From an uncultured bacterium (lineage in GTDB: Bacteria > CSSED10-310 > CAZUFC01), in NCBI GenBank assembly GCA_964619725.1, contig CAZUFC010000013.1:46570-110569 (forward strand): a stretch of 64,000 nucleotides of DNA. Direction: 5' to 3'. Each line of letters opens with the position of its first letter. The first letter of the stretch is position 1. Of this stretch, positions 57,527 to 64,000 are shown in pieces. The position numbers were made by a program, and so were the translations under genes. The notes under the pieces are model-generated. The model saw only the letters and a list, made by a program, of their open reading frames with translations, made no database searches and was not told the DNA's origin.

Positions 57527-59431
57527 ATGAAATTTGAAATGACGCCGACCTATCGAGGGAAAGGAAAAAAAACAATGCTGAACTCGTGGGGAGATAAAAA
57601 TCCTTTTAAAGCGGTATTACACAATATGACCATCTGCGCAATTGCTTTTTTAACGTTTTTGGTTTTTATTTTCAATGATTGCTCAGCTCAAAATATAGAA
57701 AATCAAAAAAGCCCGACGCCCGATCCTACAGCTCCTCATCATGATACTCCTCAGCCGACGCCGACGGTTATCGCTTACGCCGTTGAAATAAATTCAATTC
57801 CTATGGAAGCGCATTTGTTCATTGACGACGTTTATCGGGGAAAAACACCAGCAAAAATTAAAGTGGCGCCTGAACGTCATGAACTGCGATTGGATAAAAA
57901 GGGTTATCTGGATGTAACGATGATCCTGGAAAAAGACGATATTTTTGAGGGTAACAGTTTCACTTTAAATTTGAATCCGGTTCCGGAACCCGAGCCGGCG
58001 GATGCCGCCCATAAAAACGCAACACCTACTCCGATACAAAGTCTGAGCTCAATAGGGCGCATTGAGGCTGCTGAACCGGAACAAAATTTCGTTAGAATAA
58101 ATTTTTATGAAAAGGGGATAGGAGGAAAGGGGGATTACCTGGAACTGACCGACAGGTACGATAATAAAATCGCACTATTGCAGATACTGTCTGTTGATCC
58201 GGAAAACGAAAAAATTGCTGATTGCGAGATTATCAAAATTGAAGACGACAAAGTCATTGATGAGAAATCGCTTGTGAAAATAAGGACTTCCGATATCCCA
58301 AGTATTTACCGGGTCAAACCTTCCGAACGATGGACCATGATTCAGGCTGATCCTTTTCATAGCGGCAGAATTAAATCGGATGTTAAACAGCCCTTCACCT
58401 ATAAGCTCAAAAAACGGATTAAATTTTCCAATGCCGTCGGTTTCGCGTATGATGAAGAACAAGTTTATCTTTGTAAAAAATTCGACAATCGAATATACAA
58501 GTATGATCTTAAATCCGGCAAAAGAAATGATAAAATAAAAATCAATGGATATATTCAGGGAATCCCTGCTTTGTATGAAAATCGGACTCTCGTCGCAACT
58601 TCAAAAGGCAAACTCTATTCAATCGATAAAAACGACATTCACAGGCTAAGATTTAAAGAGTTGCCGAAGACGGGCCGATATAATGAGTTCACTTCCATGA
58701 TAATCTATCGGGACATAGCTTTTTGGGGCTCAAAAAACGGCATGTTGTACGGAGTTCGATTGAATAAAGATGATGATTACATGTTTCTGAAAGCGGATGT
58801 TGGAGAACCCGTCGGATATTCGCCGGTAATCGTGGAAAATGATGTCGTTTGCGCAACGACTGAGGGAAAAATTTTCGGCGTAAATTTAGATGATCCCGGT
58901 AAAACCTGGAGCCTTAAAATCGAAGATGTCATTTCCGGAGAATTAACGGCTTTTAAAGATATCCTGTTGATCCCTTTGGAATCGGGAAGAATTTTCGCTT
59001 TGAATGTGAAGGAAAGAGAAAGCCGCAAATTCATTTCTAAGACTAAAATAAAAAGAAAAATGGAAATATATCCGATCTCCGGCCCGATAACGATTTATGA
59101 GGATCAGGTTTTATCCTGTTCCGATAATGGAATCATCACCTGTTATGAACTTTCTTTCAAAAACGGAAATATCTTCGCGCCAATGCGCTGGGAGGAAGAC
59201 CTGGAAAACGAAGTGGCGGGAAATTCAGTCATAGTCGGAGACTATTTATTCGTTCCCCTTAAACCCCGGGGCGTTTGCTGTTTTGATTTGAAAAAGGAAC
59301 AGAATCTCGGAATCGTCGCTCTTCCGTATAAAGGTAATTTTGTGAGTCTGACCGGACATCCCGGCGGTTTATTATTGCTGACAGACCAATTTTTGTACTT
59401 CTACAAAATAGAAGCGCTCAAGACGGATTAA
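57527..59431 (+). CDS. Exported PEGA-domain protein with PQQ/BamB-like beta-propeller
   Basis: PEGA 'I.S.P..A...ID..Y.GKTP.......H.L.L.K.GY'; repeats 'GS..G.LY', 'T..G..FG', 'G...AL'. Confidence 0.8.
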   Translation: MKFEMTPTYRGKGKKTMLNSWGDKNPFKAVLHNMTICAIAFLTFLVFIFNDCSAQNIENQKSPTPDPTAPHHDTPQPTPTVIAYAVEINSIPMEAHLFIDDVYRGKTPAKIKVAPERHELRLDKKGYLDVTMILEKDDIFEGNSFTLNLNPVPEPEPADAAHKNATPTPIQSLSSIGRIEAAEPEQNFVRINFYEKGIGGKGDYLELTDRYDNKIALLQILSVDPENEKIADCEIIKIEDDKVIDEKSLVKIRTSDIPSIYRVKPSERWTMIQADPFHSGRIKSDVKQPFTYKLKKRIKFSNAVGFAYDEEQVYLCKKFDNRIYKYDLKSGKRNDKIKINGYIQGIPALYENRTLVATSKGKLYSIDKNDIHRLRFKELPKTGRYNEFTSMIIYRDIAFWGSKNGMLYGVRLNKDDDYMFLKADVGEPVGYSPVIVENDVVCATTEGKIFGVNLDDPGKTWSLKIEDVISGELTAFKDILLIPLESGRIFALNVKERESRKFISKTKIKRKMEIYPISGPITIYEDQVLSCSDNGIITCYELSFKNGNIFAPMRWEEDLENEVAGNSVIVGDYLFVPLKPRGVCCFDLKKEQNLGIVALPYKGNFVSLTGHPGGLLLLTDQFLYFYKIEALKTD

Positions 59432-59653
59432 CTTTTTTCCGTAAATCCATTAATGCGGCTGACGCAGCGGTTAAAAGAGAGGAATGCTTTTCTTTCGGTT
59501 AAGCCCGGGAACTTTTTAAGAAAAGTCCAAAATAACTAAAGTATCAGGGTAAAGATTTGATTCAGAATAAATTCTGAAGAATTCTGAGTCGAGCTTTCAA
59601 GGTGATCGTCGGGACTGGTCATTGACTATAAGGAAGCAAAATTTTCAGAACGT

Positions 59654-62002
59654 TCAGGGCAAAGCATAGCCAAGGTATTTAAGTTGTTCCTGCAACTCTT
59701 CATCAATTTCAGGTTTGCTTTTTGATTCCTTTTCAGTCGTTTGATAATAAATCAGCGAGATAACAGCTTCTTTTTTACCCTCCAGCTTTTTTTCGGGAGA
59801 GAATGTAAGCGGATATAATTCTATTTCCGTTCCGTCCCCGTCGGATGAAAAATGCTGATACCGTTGATCCTCAAAGAGTAAAATGTCGATTTGGTCCTTT
59901 TTTAAAACCTGATCGTTTATCCTGAGATTTTTCAAAATTATTTTACTTTCAGACGCGAAAGTTAATCCGCTCAAGCCTATATCCGTTTCCGGCTTGTGCA
60001 AGATAGTCATGGAAATGGTTTCGCCGTTTTGTTTCTTGTCGACTATACTCGTTTCAGAAGCATAAGTCATAATATCTTTCAGCTCATTTGACGTTTCCAG
60101 TTCAAAACTCAACGTTTCATCAGAATCGCGTTGTCTGTGCCAGAGCAAAAAACGTCCAGGTCCGCTGACGGAGCCTCTGAACGCAGAATCAATCATCAAG
60201 TCGACGGAATCCCGGCCTGGCTTTAAGGGAACTTGTTCTGCGGGATCGCTCACTGTGTCATAGACCTCAAAACCAGCAGAAGAATCCCAGATGACCTTTT
60301 GTTTCGTATCCTCCGCTGAGACCACAATGTCGGCTCTTTTTTTTCCGAATCCGCAGATAACGTGATCGGAAAAACAGTGGTCGATGTTTTTTATATCATA
60401 ATCAAAAGCCTTTTTCGCTTTATCCAGTCCATACATTTCCGATAAAAAAGGCATCACCGACGTACTGGCGGCAGGTTGATCTATTATCTTTGGAGGAAAG
60501 GAATCATAAGGAGTCTTAAACATGAACGGTATTTCCATGGCTTCCCGGAAGACTGTCTTGCCGTGAAAGACTCCTCCATGTTCGCCGAATTGTTCGCCAT
60601 GGTCTGAGTGAATAATTATTCCTGAAGAGTCATACAGTCCTTCGCTGATCAGGAACCGGAAAAAATCTCCCACAAGGGCATCCGTATATCTTATTCCATC
60701 GTCATAGTGGTCGATGAGCAAATCATAGGGAACATCGTTGTATTGTCTTCTCGCCAACGGCAATTTCGCTCTTCCCCTGGAAAAAATTTTCTGACCGGTA
60801 TGCGTGTTGTAAGGATCATGAATTTCATAAGTATGCAGGAATAAGAAAAACGGCGTTAGAAGTTCCTTCTCCTGAATCCAATCCCTGGCGGATTCGAATA
60901 TACGCTTTGCTCCTATTCGGTCGGCATGGTACAAATCGAAACCTCGCGAGAATCCCCAAACCGGACTTACATAACCTCCATCAGTAAAAGCGGCGGTCCT
61001 GTATCCGGCATTATGAAAGAATTCTGCCAGAAAATACCTGTTTTCGACCGGCAAGCCCGGATCAATGTGAGAAATTGTTTGATGCTGATGAGGTTCCAGT
61101 CCGGTAAGAATCGAAATCATTGAAGGCAGGGTCCAGGAGCTTACGCTTCTCATATTGCTGAAAAACAGACAATTTTTGCTGAACCGGTCTATTTCGGGGG
61201 AAAGATTTCGAGGGTAACCGCAACAATGTAAATGATCGCGCCTCAACGTATCCAGGCATATAATAATGAGATTCGGCCTTTTTCGACGGTCGCGCAATTC
61301 TTTTTTTTCGTTTTCGATTCCAGGGACTGACCAGACGCCGCAAGTCTTCATTCCTTCATCTTTCAGAAGAAACTCTAAATCTATTTCCTCTCCTGAAAAT
61401 CGATCAAGCGATATTCGGTAGGGGCGCCAGCGGCGATCTTCCTTCTTTTCCTCTGGACAAAGGGACTCTTTCAGTAAATTGTATGTTCGATCATCTTTTC
61501 TGGCCCGGATAAAAAAATAGACCGGTCCGGAATAGCCGTCTCCCTCAACACCCAATTTGGGAACTCTCCATTGCAGCAATTCGTCTACTTCCTTAGGCTC
61601 CTCGGATTTTGTCTCATCGCCTGATTTCGATCTCTGGGTTTTATTGTTCGCTGGTTGGTCTTCATCCTTTTCCGGATTCATCAGGATCGCCTGGACGCCG
61701 AAAGCCCCTGTTAAAAAATCTCCTTCTTTTACTTTCACATTTTCGAATCGGATATGTTTATCCTTTTCCAATACAGGGCGGCATTCCTTTTTCAGACTCA
61801 AGTATTTAACGTAAGGCGCCAGATATCGAATTCGTGCCGTCGTATCCATTTTATTTGCTGTTGAGCAACCGTTTGAATTTTTTGTCGACAGATAATTTTT
61901 TACAAGAAGAAATGAAAAAAAGAGCGCCGCAAAGGTCAGAATCGAAAGAAAGTAAGTTTTTCTGTTATGGCTGAGTGATTTCATGTCGTTTTTTTGTAAC
62001 AC
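59654..62002 (-). CDS. Membrane-anchored sulfatase-like (alkaline phosphatase superfamily) protein
   Basis: 'PN.I.I.LDTLR.DHL..GY', 'SSWTLPS..S..TG..P..H', 'H.YE.H.PY', 'SDHGE.FGEHG...HG', C-terminal 'L..LGY'. Confidence 0.9.
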   Translation of the reverse strand: MLQKNDMKSLSHNRKTYFLSILTFAALFFSFLLVKNYLSTKNSNGCSTANKMDTTARIRYLAPYVKYLSLKKECRPVLEKDKHIRFENVKVKEGDFLTGAFGVQAILMNPEKDEDQPANNKTQRSKSGDETKSEEPKEVDELLQWRVPKLGVEGDGYSGPVYFFIRARKDDRTYNLLKESLCPEEKKEDRRWRPYRISLDRFSGEEIDLEFLLKDEGMKTCGVWSVPGIENEKKELRDRRKRPNLIIICLDTLRRDHLHCCGYPRNLSPEIDRFSKNCLFFSNMRSVSSWTLPSMISILTGLEPHQHQTISHIDPGLPVENRYFLAEFFHNAGYRTAAFTDGGYVSPVWGFSRGFDLYHADRIGAKRIFESARDWIQEKELLTPFFLFLHTYEIHDPYNTHTGQKIFSRGRAKLPLARRQYNDVPYDLLIDHYDDGIRYTDALVGDFFRFLISEGLYDSSGIIIHSDHGEQFGEHGGVFHGKTVFREAMEIPFMFKTPYDSFPPKIIDQPAASTSVMPFLSEMYGLDKAKKAFDYDIKNIDHCFSDHVICGFGKKRADIVVSAEDTKQKVIWDSSAGFEVYDTVSDPAEQVPLKPGRDSVDLMIDSAFRGSVSGPGRFLLWHRQRDSDETLSFELETSNELKDIMTYASETSIVDKKQNGETISMTILHKPETDIGLSGLTFASESKIILKNLRINDQVLKKDQIDILLFEDQRYQHFSSDGDGTEIELYPLTFSPEKKLEGKKEAVISLIYYQTTEKESKSKPEIDEELQEQLKYLGYALP

Positions 62003-62086
62003 AAAGTGAGGGCAGGAGCAACAAAATTACGGCTGGAGTTTAAAGGTTGGTAAGGGTGCTCTTTACGGGAAAAGTAATTTCAGCAA

Positions 62087-62115
62087 TTGACATACGAGCT
62101 TGATACGGTTAGCAT
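62087..62115 (+). promoter_or_regulatory. Sigma-70-like promoter
   Basis: TTGACA-17 nt-TAGCAT upstream of the 62169 ORF. Confidence 0.55.
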
Positions 62116-62168
62116 TCGGAATTCGAGTTTCCCTTTGCAGGAAATAATGGGGAGCAGCGTTAAATAAA

Positions 62169-63698
62169 GTGAATTTGAAATTTCATAAAATATCAGCTTC
62201 TCTTATTGCCGGCGCAGCTTGTTGTATCATGTTGGCCCACCAGTTGAGTTTAAGCGGCGACACAGTCGATGATGCCTTTATTTCTTTCCGTTACGCTTCA
62301 AATTTGATCAACGGAAACGGACTGGTTTTCAACAGCGGGGTCAGGGTGGAGGGATACACTAATTTCTTGTGGGTGATGATCAGCGCAGCCTGGATGAAAG
62401 CGGGCGTTCCGCCTGAATTAGGGGCCAAAATAACCGGAGCGCTTTGTTCACTCGGGATACTCTTGTTATTGTTTCGCTCAGTCGGGAAACATTGCCTTTG
62501 GGCCGCAATAGCGCCGGTTCTTTTAGCTTTTGATCCAAACCTGAATTATTGGTCTACGGCGGGATTGGAAACCCCTTTATTCGTGTTTTTGATCTTTGCC
62601 GGATTCCTTAAGGCCAAAAGGGATGCTGAAAAAAATACAGATACTCTTTTTTCCGGATTAATCCTGGGAGGCGCATATCTAACTAGACCGGAAGGCGCAG
62701 CGGTGTTTGTCTTCCTGGGATTCTTTTTGATCGTTACTCGCAGGAATGAATCAAATAGATTAAAATTCCATTTTCCCTTGAAGTATATCCTCGGATTTAT
62801 GATCCCGTTCGCTCCTCATCTCATCTGGCGATATTTCTACTACGGAAGTTTCGTTCCCAATACTTTTTATGCGAAAACCGGCGGCGGCTTTCTTCAGATG
62901 GTTCGGGGTTTCTTCTACTTTGTTGAATGGTTGCAGCCTGAATTCATCTTTTTAATCTCGGCAGCAGCGCTGGGTTTCTTTGTTGTAAAGGACAAAGCCG
63001 GCAAAGCCGCGGGCGCTTTAATTATTTTTTTCATTTTTTATACGATTAAAATCGGGGGAGATTTTTTCGGTCATCACCGTTTTATGGTCCCTCTAATGCC
63101 CTTTGTGTATTTTCTTATCGGCCAGGCTCTCCTCAGCGCCCGGAGTTTCATACACGGTCTCGCCGCAGTCTGTTGCGGAGCGGTTTTGATTATCAACGGT
63201 TGGAATACATTTCGAACCGTCAGTGATCCCAGTATCTATTCAAGAGAGCTGGAACTAAATCATCCGAAAACGTTATTGGCGAAATGTCTGAAAAAGCATG
63301 CACGAAAAAATGACTCTGTTGCGACGAATGTCATAGGGAGACTATCCTTTTATTCCGGCTTAACGACCTATGACGTCTTCGGCTTGACCGAACCTTACAT
63401 CGCCCGCAGGAAATTTCGTTTCCAGGGTCTGCGCACACCCGGACACGAAAAAAGCGATCATGATTATATTATGTCGAAAATGCCGACCTATTCGACGGCT
63501 ACCGAAGGTAAACTTTTGGTCTATAATCGATTCGTAAACAGAGTCAATCGCTTTGCAAGAAAATACATGAAAGTCGAAGATGATGGTTTTAGAGTTTTCA
63601 AACCGCCTCAGGATTTGTATTCCCTGAAAACCCTTGAATGCGGCGGACGAAAGTATAAAATCTATAAACTGAAAACCGCTGACCAGTCCTGTCCATAA
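62169..63698 (+). CDS. GT-C fold membrane glycosyltransferase
   Basis: 'DDAFISFRYA.N...G.GLVFN.G.RVEGYTNFLW', 'GLET', 'TRPEG', 'PNTFYAK', 'GGD....RF..P', 'GL....IA', 'GHEK'. Confidence 0.85.
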   Translation: MNLKFHKISASLIAGAACCIMLAHQLSLSGDTVDDAFISFRYASNLINGNGLVFNSGVRVEGYTNFLWVMISAAWMKAGVPPELGAKITGALCSLGILLLLFRSVGKHCLWAAIAPVLLAFDPNLNYWSTAGLETPLFVFLIFAGFLKAKRDAEKNTDTLFSGLILGGAYLTRPEGAAVFVFLGFFLIVTRRNESNRLKFHFPLKYILGFMIPFAPHLIWRYFYYGSFVPNTFYAKTGGGFLQMVRGFFYFVEWLQPEFIFLISAAALGFFVVKDKAGKAAGALIIFFIFYTIKIGGDFFGHHRFMVPLMPFVYFLIGQALLSARSFIHGLAAVCCGAVLIINGWNTFRTVSDPSIYSRELELNHPKTLLAKCLKKHARKNDSVATNVIGRLSFYSGLTTYDVFGLTEPYIARRKFRFQGLRTPGHEKSDHDYIMSKMPTYSTATEGKLLVYNRFVNRVNRFARKYMKVEDDGFRVFKPPQDLYSLKTLECGGRKYKIYKLKTADQSCP

Positions 63699-63766
63699 TT
63701 CGTTCAATGAACAATACATACTGCACGACAGGCGTTAGCCCGGACTCCTCAGCCAAAAACTGTTAC

Positions 63767-63886
63767 GAGCGTCCATATCCCCGCACCTTCAAGCGCTGCT
63801 CCCTGCGGACTTGTTCAACATAGCGCTGCTTTGCCTCCGCAGTCCTCCTGTCCGCCACGCTTGAATCTGCGGGAATCTGAACGCTC
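63767..63886. repeat. 120-bp nested imperfect palindrome
   Basis: GAGCGT/ACGCTC, CCCGCA/TGCGGG, TTCAAGCG/CGCTTGAA and CTGCGGA/TCCGCAG pair in nested order. Confidence 0.65.
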
Positions 63887-63892
63887 TCACTA

Positions 63893-64000
63893 GTGCCTGT
63901 CCATAAACTCGAATCTCGATTCAAAATTTAATGCTGGACAGCCACTAGATAGTGTCTGTCCACAAACTCAAATCTCGATTCAAAATTTAATGCTGGACAG
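63893..64000 (+). repeat. Two tandem copies (59-bp period) of the 53-bp element; second copy cut by window edge
   Basis: GTGyCTGTCCAyAAACTCrAATCTCGATTCAAAATTTAATGCTGGACAG at 63893 and 63952, separated by TAGATA. Confidence 0.9.

Noticed and set aside
40592-59431. Type VI secretion, gliding motility or Tol-Pal locus
   Set aside because: No TssB/C, Hcp, VgrG, ClpV, TolQ/R/A, ExbB/D or Pal recognisable despite kinase, PEGA and TolB-like domains
56800-62002. Kinase FGE domain as maturase for the neighbouring sulfatase
   Set aside because: The domain lacks the catalytic Cys pair, and the sulfatase-like protein has SSWTLPS rather than C/S-x-P-x-R
63893-64000. CRISPR array
   Set aside because: Units are 53 bp with only a 6-nt gap, there are no unique spacers or cas genes, and copies are dispersed elsewhere

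Overview
64 kb of chromosomal DNA from a moderately AT-rich, probably anaerobic diderm bacterium (outer-membrane beta-barrel, TolB-like propeller, tetrahaem cytochrome c3, CoA-activase-related protein). The left half is mostly housekeeping: dnaG 3' end, a CAT-anticodon tRNA, zinc-ribbon protein, RNase P RNA, rplU-rpmA-obgE-nadD-rsfS, ligA, ybaB-recR, udk and atpZ/I/B/E, with accessory genes interspersed. The right half is dominated by a ~22 kb co-directional, tightly packed cell-envelope cluster (37629-59431). It joins an atypical Opp/Dpp-type ABC transporter to TPR, SH3, PEGA, carboxypeptidase-regulatory, TolB-like and PQQ-like propeller proteins, lipoproteins, Thr/Pro-rich secreted proteins and a membrane Ser/Thr kinase with an FGE-like sensor domain. 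This is the best candidate for an undescribed system. Other highlights: a full-length MetRS paralogue with all catalytic motifs erased, a sensor-less and apparently inactive sigma-54 activator coupled to rsfS, an exported LIM/DA1-like metallopeptidase, an atpZ without a normal start, and a dispersed 53-bp inverted-repeat element family. No CRISPR array, rRNA, transposase or integrase was seen. All calls are by-eye motif recognition; no database searches were run.
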